Below, in pieces: positions 1-11,800 of a stretch of 64,000 bases of DNA; position 1 is the stretch's first letter, and the number at the start of each line of letters is the position of its first letter. The notes beneath the pieces were generated by a model. The model was not told where the DNA came from, ran no database searches, and was given only the letters and a program-made list of their open reading frames with translations. The DNA is taken from contig MEDY01000205.1 of assembly GCA_001724265.1 (NCBI GenBank), positions 1 to 64,000 on the forward strand, in the 5' to 3' direction. The translations under genes were made by a program, and so were the position numbers. The stretch is from Rhizaria sp. SCN 62-66 (lineage: Eukaryota).

Positions 1-111
1 GCGAGCCTCCCTGCGAACAACGTGGGGACGGCAACAAGTGTACGTGTGCCCAAGAGAGCGTATGTGCGGCGCGTGATCCGCGTCGCTAAGCAGACGTTTG
101 GTAGGTCGTTG

Positions 112-170
112 GGTGCCGTTTCTCTGTGGATTTCCTGTGAGAGAGTCCCTTTATGTAAAATCTCGCGCGT
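112..170 (+). repeat. 59-bp dispersed repeat, copy 1
   Basis: ggtgccgtttctctgtggatttcctgtgagagagtccctttatgtaaaatctcgcgcgt matches 42752-42810 at 58/59 positions, same orientation. Confidence 0.9.
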
Positions 171-478
171 TACACGTTTTCAACATTTTGTTATGAGGTA
201 TCGCAAACAAATGTCATTCCACCACAAATTACTTTTTGAAACGTCTCTTTTCACGCTAACTGAGAATGAGTTGTGTGCATGTATTAGATCGTAAAACGTT
301 TTGTTATGAAGGCATGTTTTATTTAATGGTATGTTAACGCGACTGCTTTCTTTAAAATCCGCAGTAGTTTCCTTTGACTTCTGTGACAGTCCTCTAAAAT
401 AGCCTACTCCGCCTCACGTAATTTCTCAGATAGTTATCTGACGACGACTTCAGTGTAGACTTACCTGAACGAAGTTTA

Positions 479-2197
479 ATGGATTTTTCACAATAGCTTA
501 ATGTTGTAGTTGCACAGCTGCGCTCAGGTGACATCTCTGGTGGCACTCTGGCACTCAAAGACCTCTACACCCCGATCTGGCTCGAGTATACGCAATACAC
601 CGCGCTTGTCAGCGTCCCGGATATCACTCCTCTTCTTGTCTCCGCTCGACAGCTAGGACTAAGCAACAAATCTGACGGCGGCACGCTTGTCAATGCCGCC
701 GCTAGCTTGCTGGCCTTTGCGTCGCGCGCCCCTCAGGGCTGCGAGCTTCTCGCTAGTTGCAAGCATCTGTTCAAGCCTCTCTGCCAGTTGATTTCCATCG
801 ACCAGTCCCACGACACGCTCGACTTCACGCTTCTGATCGCCTCCAACCTTCTGCAGAGCACTTTTACCGCAGAGGTGAACCGTGAGCTCGACGCGCACAA
901 CGCTCGCCCCAAGCTCGTTTCACTCTTAAGTGCCATCGTAACTACACACCTCCCGGCAGACAGCGTAACCACTGCCGCGGCGGCCTCCGCGCTCGCCGCA
1001 ATCGCCGCAGCGGACCGCGCCCAGCCGCCCGCTGCTGCCACCACTGACTCATGCTGCTATTTTTTGACTGACAACGCTTGTGACGACTCTTCTTCTCCGG
1101 CGCTGACGAGTGACTAGCTTGCCTGGGCGACGACTCTTGACCACTTGTGCACGATTTTCACCGCGCAAATCACTGTCAATCCCCGCGCTTATCGCCCCGA
1201 CGAGCTGACCCCGTTGCTGCGAAACGTGCTTCCGCGCTACACGTTCTGTCGCGTTGTCCTGCCCGTTGGTTACTTCCCCGCGCGCTGCATGCTGACACTT
1301 AATGCACTGTGCTGCGCCAACAGCAATGTTTGCGCTGTTGATAGTGCGACCACCGTGTCATCGCCGTCGCCCGCGGCCGAGCTTGCGCTAAGTGCCGAGT
1401 TTGAGTGCGTCCTCTGCCACATCCTCGCGCAGAGGCCGCTGACTAAGAACGCTTTGGAGCTGCTTGCCACCGTGACGCGCTGCTGCGACGCTGCAGTGCT
1501 CGAGAGAGTCTTCACAACTCCACGCTTGGCGCGCCTCGCTGGGTTTTACGACGGATTTCACGAGAAAAAACATCACGAGCTTTTCTTTCAAGCACTGGGA
1601 CAGCTTGTCGAAGCGTCGTCTACGCTGCGTGACCGTGTGTGCGAGGCCAAGATCCTCGAGCGCTGTCTCGCGCACGCCGCGCCGGTTGTTGATGGCAACA
1701 ACAGCAGCGCCAGTGATAAGGATCGCTATTTTCAGACTTGTCTCCTGGCGTCTCAACTAGCTCTATCTGCCGGTACATTCCTGTCGCGTTTGCTGCGGAT
1801 CGCTGACGACAAGCCGGCAATGGCGCGGCGGCAGTTTGATGCAGGCGCAGTGCGGCTGTACACGCGCGCGCTGTCGGTCGTTGCGCAGGGCCACGGCAGC
1901 GCGGCGGGCATCGGATGCGCGCTGGCGGGGCTGCAGCAGCTGATTGAGCAGGGGGACACCGAGCCCGACCCGCGAGGTGCGCGGGCCGCGGAAAGCGCGC
2001 CGCCGCCGCGCAACGCGTTTGCGGGCGCGTTTCTTACCTCAGGGGGGCGGGAGATGCTCGAGACGCTCCACCGGGCCCCGCGCATCAAGGAGGGAGCGAG
2101 CGAGGAGCTGGAGAGCCTGCGCGCGCTGCTGATCAAGATGGCTGTGATCCGCAGCAAGCGGCCGCAGGGCGTGCAGCCGCGCGTGAAAGCTACGTAA
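479..2197 (+). CDS. Divergent importin-alpha-like armadillo-repeat protein (~572 aa; in-frame TAG at 494-496 and 1115-1117 read as sense)
   Basis: ATG 479 (preceded by in-frame TAA at 419), ORF 707..1117 and ORF 1145..2197 are all in one frame, separated only by TAG; ends TAA. Importin-alpha-like segments: LVNAAASLLAFAS (cf. QFEAAWALTNIAS), FFQALGQLVEASSTLRDRV (cf. WALGNIAGDS..CRD.V), LAGLQQLIEQG...NAFAGAFLTSGGREMLETL (cf. LEGLENILK.G...N.....IEE.GGLDKIE.L). Confidence 0.7.
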
Positions 2198-2813
2198 TGG
2201 GGGAACTCAAGAATGAGCTTTCAAATGACACATTGGTCTGAATGATTACTCTGATTCGTACGCTCTGATTCGTACACAAGAGATTAACAATGGAACACAA
2301 TGTATTGCAAAATTAGCTCTGAGAAAATACGTACACCTTCTGGATACACAATTTCAATTCTAAGGATCAACAAGCGTTACTAAATAGGAATAACTGGCGT
2401 GCGAAATATCAGTCCGAAGATTGAATGGTCATCGAGGAGTGAAACTTTCTCTTAAAGGACCAAGCATGTGTAGCGCGGTAGCCATAAAACAAATAAAAAG
2501 CTAGCCATGCTAGTTTTCAACACGCAGATGAACCGTCAGCTCGCAAATGGGATCAACCAATAAGCCAATAGTCTTTTCAGAACAAGCAAAGAGTGCCACA
2601 AAAGAACACACACATTTACAGATTGGGAAGTGCACGGAGGATGCGGAGCCAGTTGGGTCAACAGACACAAATACTTTCGAACCCTCTGTGTAAGTTTTGT
2701 TTGACAGGTTCGAAAAAAAATTTAGAAAAAAATATCTCATAACCACACAATGAAAGAAAAAAAGAACGGTCGGTCACTCGAGTGTGTGAGTCAAGTTGCT
2801 GCCTGCCACGCGC

Positions 2814-5800
2814 TTACTCTTGCCGGTGGTACTCCGGCTTGATGTGGCTTGGCAGCGGCATCGGCGCCCGCAGTGATGTCTGGGCACCGCTCTGCTCGCC
2901 GTTGCCATTGTTGCTGTTGTTGTTATTGTTGTTACTTCTGCCCGCCACAGACGCGGAGGCCTCGCGCTCCTGGTACGCGAGTGCGGACCGCGTGCCCATG
3001 ATCGGCACGCCGCCCGTTGGCGCGGGCAGCGCCGGGATCGCCGGCGCGCGCGACGGGTCGTGCGTCGCAGTATGGGCGCCCGCCGCAGAGCCGTACTGCT
3101 GCGGCGGCTGCGTGTTATACGCGTGCGCCGGCGGGATCGGCGGCGGCGCGGCGCTTGTGCGCGCGCTCGTGCTCGCCAGAGGGGGAAGTGGCGGCGGCGG
3201 GGCGGGCACTGGGGGGCCCGTGTGTGTCGCATACGTGTCCTGCGTCGGCGACGGCGCCGGCGACGGCGCCGGCGACGGCGAAGCATACACAGGCGCATCG
3301 GGGGCGGGGGCAGCGGGAGCGGAAGGAACGGGCGGCGGAGGCGGCATGACAACAGCTGAGGACGGCGCGGGCGGAGCGACAGGAGCGTAATCCGCAGTGT
3401 CGCCGCCGTAGTAGTGGTCATCTTCAGTGCCGTTGCCCACGGTGTACGGAGCCGGGTACGGCGCGGACGGGACCGCGGGGAGGCGCGGCGCCACGGGCTG
3501 CGCTGGCGAGCTCGGCGCGGAGCCGACGGCCTGGTACGCCGTGGCGGCCTGGTACGCCGTGGCGGCCGAGCGGCCGATCGGCGTCATCTCCATCTCAACG
3601 GCGGCGGGCGAGTTGGCGGGAGAGTTGGCGGGGAGCGCGTTCCAGCCAGAGGACGAGCCCTGGAGTGCGGTGGCGCCAAAAGGTGAGCCTGTAAAGCTGT
3701 CGTTGGAGCTGTACGGGTCGCCGCTGCCGCTGCTGCTGTGAGGACCGTAGGGGCCGTGGGGCCCGCTGGCGACGCGGACGGCGACGGCGCCGTCGTTGTC
3801 GTTGTTATTGCCATTGCCGGCGCCGCCGGTGTGCACGGTGTCGAGAGCGAGGTCAGCAGCGACGTGCTTGTGGCCCCTGCCGGCGCCAGAGCCGGCGAAC
3901 ATCTCGATGGCGCTGTAGACCGTCAGGTTGTCGTCAGGAGTCGACTTGGAGGCAGGGCCCTTGGGCTTGCCGCCGCAGAAGCAGTGGGACAGGATGATGA
4001 GCACAAATGCCTTGACGCAGATACTGATCGGCTTAAAGATGAAGATTTCGAGCACGTTCGAAATCGCAGACGCCTGTAGCCACTGCTTGGTGTTGTCATT
4101 CTTCTTCATGTCGAGCTGGACACCATAGACTAAGATCAGCAGCACGAGAACAATGACGTAGATCCAGAGCAGCACGAAGCCAAAGAGACGCACGCCGAGC
4201 GGGAACGACCACGACTCGCGAAACCAAACCATGAACAAATCATAGTCGATGTGCACAAGCAGCCGTAACTGGTTGCGCAACTCGCGCTCGTCACGGACAC
4301 CGCGGGCGTTCTCAGGGATTAACGCATTGCCAGGACCATGAGTCCAGCCACCGGCCTGCGCAATCGAGTGCAACAGAACGCGCTCGTCTTCGTCACTGAT
4401 GACGGGGTTGCGCTTCATGCGGTGCTCGTTGCGCGTCGCGTACTGCGGCTCACTGATGCGGTTCGTGTACTGCAGCTGCGCCACGTGCTCTGCGTAGCCG
4501 TAGATTGCGGACTTGAGACGGCCCTGCTGAGAGCGGCCGAAGAGCAGACTGATGAGAATGCCGACAGGGATAAGGATGGCAGCAGAGATAACAGAGGTGA
4601 CAATCGTACTGAAGCTGACGCTGCCGTCCGCGCTGCCAAAGAACAGCGCGTTGATCATGTAACCTGTGAGCACAAGCACAAAGCCCGCGGTGACGCGGCC
4701 AACCGAGGAGAACGCATTGGTGTCATAGCGTATCAGAACCGAGAGCCAGAGGTGATCGTGCTTAAGCAAGTGGCGCAGGAGATCAATCCAGCGCTCCATG
4801 AAGGCCATCTTCTCCACGCCGTGATCCGGGTTGCGGCGCGCGGTGGACGGCAGCGAGGCTGACGTGTCACCCGTGACGGCGTCCCACTGCTTGCGCTGCG
4901 GGTCGCTCCACTCGCCGTGGTAGTGGCGCAGCGCGCGCGCGTCCATGCGGCGGTCGATCATAGCAGCGACAAAGGCGAAGAACAAATAGGCCACGAACCA
5001 GACGCCGCACGTGATGAGCGGCAGAGGGTGCGCCTTGATGTTGGACCACGTGAGATTCTTGAAGTCGTTCACGTCGAGTGTGTTGAACTTGGGCAGGAAG
5101 TGGTTTAAGTCGAGTCGAACGCGGAACAGAGTCAGGTGCGTGCACTGGCACGTCGTTGTGGTATTGGTGCTCGAGACAGAGACAAGCTTGCAACCCTTAG
5201 TGCTCCACTTGCCGCCGACACCGTTCGCGTTGGCGTCCCACCACTCGCACGTGAAGCTGACGTCTGGCCATGTCGGCTTTGCATGCGGCACTTCAAGTGT
5301 GAAATACTCGTCTTCAGCAGCGGCCAGCATGGCAAACGGCCGTCCGGCGTCGTAATACGCGCCGGAACCGCCGAGATTGAAGCTGATGTGCTCCTGCACA
5401 GGCACCGTGACGCCGTCGCCCACAGCCACGTCGGTCACGTTCGCGAGCGTACGGTTGAACACGGTAAAGGCGAGCAGCGGCGACGACTGCGAGCCGTTGA
5501 GGTAGCTCTCCGTCGCCATGCCGGCGAGGTGGAAGAGCGCCGAGTCCTCGACCATGGCCATGACGACCTGCAGCGCGCTGGCGTTGAGGTGCTGCAGCGA
5601 CGGCGGCAGCGTCACGCGCGCCGTGACAGGCTCGCCCTCGCTCTCGGTCGGCATGCGCGCCTCGATCGCATCGGGCGCGTGCAGAGTCGCGATCGCCTGT
5701 GAAACGACGGAAATCCCGCCGAAGACGAGGGACGTCGCGGCCTGCCCCACCGCCTGTTGCGCGAGCGAACCCATCGCCAGGACGTTCATCTGTTGCGCGA

Positions 5801-8800
5801 TCGCGTTGACCACGCCCGCGGCCTCCTGTTTCAGCGCGAGCAGTTCCGCACCCTCTGTCGTGTTCGAGGCCGCGGAGCCCGCGACGGGGAGCGAGGTGTT
5901 GTGGTTCAGCGCGGCGAGCTCGGCGGCGAAGGCGTCTATGACGACCTGCGTGGCTACGAGCGCCGAGTCCGCTGTGGCCGTGGACATGCCCAGGAAAGCG
6001 TCGCGCGACGCCAGCGACGACGTCTGCACCACAAGCGTGTGCAACGCCTGCGTGCGCGTCGCGCGGTCCAGCTGCGTGCCGTCGGCACATAGCTGCGTGA
6101 GCAGCTCGATGGCGACCTCGGAGTAGCCCGCGTTCTGCGAGAACTGGTTGTGGTCCTGCTCCGTCTCAGCGGAGGAGCCCTCGGAGTCGACGAGGGCGGC
6201 GGCTGCGCGGCGCGCGTCTTGTGAGATCGTGAGCATCTCGGCAACACCGCGGATCGCCTCGAGCAGCCGCGCGCGGAACGCCGTCTTCCCGGCCGCCGTA
6301 ACCGAGACCGCGGCGTCCTCGAGCGCGTCGGTGATGCGCAGCGTGCTTTGGCTCACGGCAGCGATGTCCGACACGGTGACGGCGTCGGTCAGCGTCGCGA
6401 ACAGCGCCTCGATATCCTCCGCGGTCGCGCCGTCGGCGGCGAGTGTGGAGAACAGCTTCGGCACCGCGCCGGTGGTTATCTCGCCCTCAGCAGGATCGGC
6501 AGAGGCGGGCGCCTCGAAGGGCACCTCGACCTCGACACGCGTCTGCGCGCCCCAGATGTCGGTGATGTACACCTCGATCGCGCGCGCGTAGCCGTCGACG
6601 GCGTGGCCCGCGCGCAGCGTCGCCTCTAGCGAGGGCTGCGGCAGCGCCATACCGATTTCGACCCAGTTGCTCTTGACGGCGCCGCGGAGCACGCGCTTAG
6701 ATTCGGCGTACCAGTGGTACGTCAGCGGCAGGTCCTCCACATCGTCTTCCCAGCCGCTGCAGCGCAAAGTGAAGGGCACGTTGGAGCGCGCCTCGGTGAC
6801 GTTGGCCGCGAACACGGGCGCACAGCTGCCGGAGCGTGGGGGTGAGTTGATGCTGAAGGACGCGTAGGAGGAGACGAGCTCTCCTGGCAGCGCGGCAACG
6901 GGAAGGTCCTGAATCTCGGCCTGCGTCGGCAGCACAGTACCGTTGTTGGGGAAGAGCGAGAGGCGGAAGGTGTACGCGACGCCGGGCACGAGCTTCTCAC
7001 CCGATAAGGCGAGAGTGTAAACGAGGCCGCCCGAGCCGTCGCTGGCGGGCGACGCCGCCTGGAAGAGGATCAAACCGGCCTCGTTGAGATTCGCGTTGCG
7101 CGTGTCGCAGCTCCACAGCACGCGCGGTCTGTACCTCTCCGTCGCGGCGGGGTCGCCGGCGGACAGACGCGCCACCACGGCCGTCATCACGATCGGGTTC
7201 TGCTGCAAGATCTGACTGCGCCCGGGGGACGACACGGCGACACTGTACTCCGGATCGTCGATCGTGAGGTCCACGCGCGCGCTTACCGTGACCGGCGCTC
7301 GCTCGCTGCCCTTGCTCACGGTTACTGAGAACAGCATCACCGTGGTTAACACGTCCGCGCTCTCCAGAAACGAGCTCGCGAAGCGCACTTCGACGCTCGA
7401 CAAGTTGGTGAAAGTGCCGTTTGCAAAGCACGGCTGCGCCGCGTTAGACGCGTCCACGCACGACCAGAGGTACGTTAAGCCGTCGTACTGCGAGGTCCCT
7501 CCGGCCGGGTTGACGTCTGGGTCGCGGGAGAGCGCGGCCGAGAGCACGAGTTCCTTGGACGCGCTGTGGACCTTGCCGCCGCCGGAGATGACAGCGCGCA
7601 GCGCGGACGCGGTAACGGTAATAGAGACTTCGTCCGAGTTCGTGTAGGGCGTGTTGCCCGTGACGTCGGTGACGTTGACGCGGAAGACGTAGGGCGCCAC
7701 ACGCGGCGGCATGGCGTACGCGCGCACGCGCAGGGACGCGAGATTGCCAACGAACTCAACGCCCGTCTCGCCGACCTGCGTCCAGATGTAGCTGATGTTC
7801 GTGCCCACGGTCGCGCCCTCGCACAGCGAAACGCGCGAGATGAGCGCGTTGACGAGCACGTTGCGCGTTGGGACCACCGAGAGCGTCTTGCTGCCCGCGA
7901 TCGCGATCTGTGGCAGCTCGGAGTAGGCGCGCGAGACAGTGATGCTCGTCGTCGCGGTCTGCCCGTACCACGACTGCAGCTCGAGCGTGAACTTGACCGT
8001 TCCGCCAGGCGGCAGAATGTCGTTGAGGTCCTCGCCCAGCGGCACCGACAGCGTGGGGATGTAGTACGGGGAGGAATCTGATAAGAAGGGCTTCCCGTCG
8101 TCGCGCAGACCGTAGGTGCGGGTGATGTAGTCCTGCAGCGCGAAGTCGTCGCCGTCAGAGTGCCACGTGTGTGCGAACGCGAGGCCGCCGCTGTTGGCGC
8201 TGGCCACGGACGACAGCGACAGCGCGTCGCACACGCCCAAGCGCGCGGGGCCAGTGACGACGGGCACCGGCGTGGTCATCGTGTCGGGCAGCATAACGAT
8301 CATGTGCGTCTCGGGGAGATACAGTGCCGTCGCGTTCTCGGCGAGTGTGCTGCCTGTGCGGATGACGCCGCCCTTGATGATCACTTCGTCGCCCGCACGC
8401 ACGGTGAAGGACGCGCCGAGCATGATGGTGAACGTGGACGGGGTGGACCACGCGCACTGCACGCCAGAGCCGGGGGAGTGGTTGGAGAACCCGGAGAGAA
8501 CGATGTTACAGTTGGCCTCAGATGCGGGTGTCGTGCTGCGCGGTTGCTGCGTCGGCGCTTCAAACAGCAGTTCGACGCTGCTCATCGACGGTGTGAAGCG
8601 CGCGATGGTGGGCATCGGGAATGGCTGCGCGGGCGGGGCGGGCGCGGTGTATTTCCCGCGCGCGCCGCCGTAGAAGAGGTACTTGTTCGCGACCGTGAAA
8701 GCGTCCGTGCCGCCGCTGAACGGGAAGTTCCGGTTCAGCAGCAAATGGTGGCCGTTCCAGTCGTCAGACGCGTCGAGCGGTGCCTCAAGCGTCCAGTAGC

Positions 8801-11800
8801 CTCCCATAGTCATGTAGCGCTGTGGCAGGCCGGCGCCGGTGGGAAGCACGGCGAACAAGTGACCCACGAGTGCCGAAGGAGTCATTTGCATCGCGAATTG
8901 TGACTCGGTGGCATCCTCCGCCTCGAGATCCAGCAGCGCACCCTGCCACTCCACCGCCCGGTTGGCCTCGAGAGACTCGATCACGGGGTCGCCGCGCGCG
9001 ATGCTGTTGCCGGCGCCGTAGGCCAACTTAGCCCCCGCGAGAGACGCGCTGGTGGCCGTAGACGCGCCGGCGAGCTGTGCGATGCCGAACGTCGTCGTGT
9101 TGATGCTGAACATGTCGTTGGCCGCAGCGACGCCGTCGGCGCTTGCGTCGGGCAACACGCTAAAGCGCAGCTGCGGACGGAGATCAGTCTGCCAAACCTT
9201 GCCGTTGGTGCCGCCGACGAGTGTGTTGCGTGAGCGGATGGACGTGAAGGCGACAAATTGGTCGTTAGCGACGTTTTCTGACGGGGATGCCCACGCTAAA
9301 TGCTCGCGTTCGCGGTTAAAACTGCCCGCGATGGGCACCGTCTCAATAATGACGACGAGGCTGACGTGAGGCGCATCCATGACCGCAAACGTACCGCTGA
9401 AAGTCAGTGTCAGCGTGGTGCCGTCGGTGGCCCAGGAGGTAGGTGTGGTATCCATCGAAGTTGACGCCGTCGCCGCGACGGAATACAGGTCATTGACCCA
9501 GTCGGACACGAAGGCAAGCCGCGCGTTGACACGGAACATGGCGCCAAAGTACGCATCCACGGGCAGAGCAAAGTAGAGCGTCAGGGAGCGCAGTTGCAGT
9601 CCGTCTTCCAGCCCGACGCTGGTTAGCAGCTCGCGCGGCACCTCCGTCGCAAGCCACGCCTTGTCGGTGTCGTGCGGGTAAAACGGCGGCAGCACGTCGA
9701 GCGCGCCCGCTGACGGGTAATACACCGAGCGCGAGAGCATAACGGGCGTTATGCGGCGGAACAAGTCCACCGACGCGCCTTGTGCAGTGAGGCCGCCGTA
9801 GCACACGATGGCGGAGCCCGCGGTGGGGAGCACGTCGCAGGAGTGGCCATAGCGCGAGCCCATGGTGTATGGCAGAGTGGCAAAGTTGGGTGCGGTGACC
9901 GTGCCGGTGGATTTGACTGAAGAGCCCGCGCGGAGCGTCCATGTCTCGAACTCGGCGTTAAAAACCCAAATGTCGTCCAGTGCGCCCGCAGCGCCGACCC
10001 CGCCGATGACCCAGAGCTCGGTGCCGACGGTCAACATCTGCGTGCGCGCGCGCGCCGAAGGGCAAAAGTCCTTGAGCGACTTGGTGGTGTTTAGAGGGGA
10101 AGAGAGTGAGATGAAGTTGGGGACTGTGACAGCGCAGCCGATGTACTCCCATGTGATGGAACCCGAGTCACGTGTGCGGAAACGCCAAATGTCGGCCAAA
10201 TATTGCAGGCCGTCCACGCTGGGCTTCATGCCGCCGTACAAGTACACGTACTCGACTCCGGAGATTGTAATCGCGGCCATCGAGTGAAACGCGCGCGCAC
10301 CGGGGGAACCTGTGGGGTACACTCCGTCCGAGCGGCGCGCGTGCCCTGTCATGTTGTCAACATCCACGGAGCCGACGAGCGTGGGCGGGATGCGCGCGGT
10401 GGTGCGGGCAGGCGCAGGGGTCAAGATCTCCGGCTGCGGCGCCACGCTCTGCTGCGAGGGCCACAGCCGCCACAGCCGGTCGTAGACGTCGCGCGCCATC
10501 ATCAACTCGCCGGTGTAGTAGATACCGCCGTGCAGGAACAGGCGGTCCACCGTGGGCGCGAAGACAAGCGCGGCACCGTAGTAGCTGCCGATCGAGACCG
10601 CGGTGCCCGTGAAGACGGATGTACTGTCGGCGCCGTTGGGCGGCTGGTGTACGATGACGGCCGCGCGCGTCGCGTAGCTCACAGCGGCGATCGTGCCCGC
10701 AAGAAAATGGCGGTTGATGCTCTCCGCGCCGCCGCCGCCAAAGAGCACGGTGTCGTTCTGCGGGAAACCGAGCATGCCGGCCGCGATCGAGGACAGTCCG
10801 TGGGCAACGGCGTTGGCGGTGTGGATACGCGACGCAGTGAGGATGGACGAGCCGTTGCTCTGTACAATTGCAGCCGCGCGCAGCGGCGAGCACAGCGGAT
10901 CCGTCGCGTCGGTCTGACACGCGCAGGGCGCCGAGATGGACACGTTGTTCGGGAGCGCACCGTTGCGGCAGGGGATCCCGCGAATGGCCGAGGGGGGCGC
11001 GTAGGTGTACCGCGTGAGCTCGCAGTGCTGGCCAAAATACCCGGCGGGGCAGCGGCAGGCGTAGAACGACGCGCCCTGACCGGCATCGAGCGCGCCGGTG
11101 CAGTTGTTGACGAGGTCGCGGCAGAGCTGGCACGTGCCGCCGTTGGCGCACGGGTTGTTGCGGCAGCTGTCGGTGCCGAGCGAGATCGGCATATCGTGCA
11201 CAGTGTACGACTGTGTGGCAGCGAACGGGTAGATCTCGGTTGCCATCGGCGGCTCGCTCAGCTGCCGCAGACCGGTGGTGCGGACCATCAGCGAGGCGGG
11301 GCGCGCGTAACCAGTGTCGCGGGAGGCCAAAGACGAAGGAATGAACGTCATTTGACCGCCGAGGATGGGAGAGCGCACGAAGTTGCTCCACGAAAACGCC
11401 GCGGGCTCCCTCGTGTTGTTGAGCTCGTCGATCCAAATCCACGCCGCGACGGCCGTGCCTTCTTCGTGTTCGGGCGCCCACTGGTAGTCATTTGACTGCC
11501 AGAAGATGTCGTGCAGCTGCCGCGCAAAGACCGCGAACGTCGACTGCAGCGGCGCGCTGAGTCCGTCCTCGCGGAGGCCGACGCCGTCGCTGATATACAA
11601 CAACCCGTCGGCCGCGGCGGCCATCGATGCGGCGGCGCGCGCGCCGGGCCACTGCAGCCGCGAGGGCGCGCCGGCGGTTTCGCGGCGGTCGGCGCGGTGT
11701 GCGGAGACCGTGGTCGCCCAGGTCGTGGGGCCGGAAAGATAGGCCCACTGGTTCCTGAAGAAGTCGAAGACCCAGAGGTCGGCCATGTAGGCAGGGCGAG

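Noticed and set aside
22-294. 90-aa ORF at the window start (and ORF 42720..42980)
   Set aside because: Non-ATG start, AT-rich, no coding bias; both overlap the 59-bp repeat.
2249-2275. 13-bp tandem duplication ctctgattcgtac x2 in a 3' region
   Set aside because: Real but only two copies. Consistent with ordinary slippage; not a CRISPR or other array.
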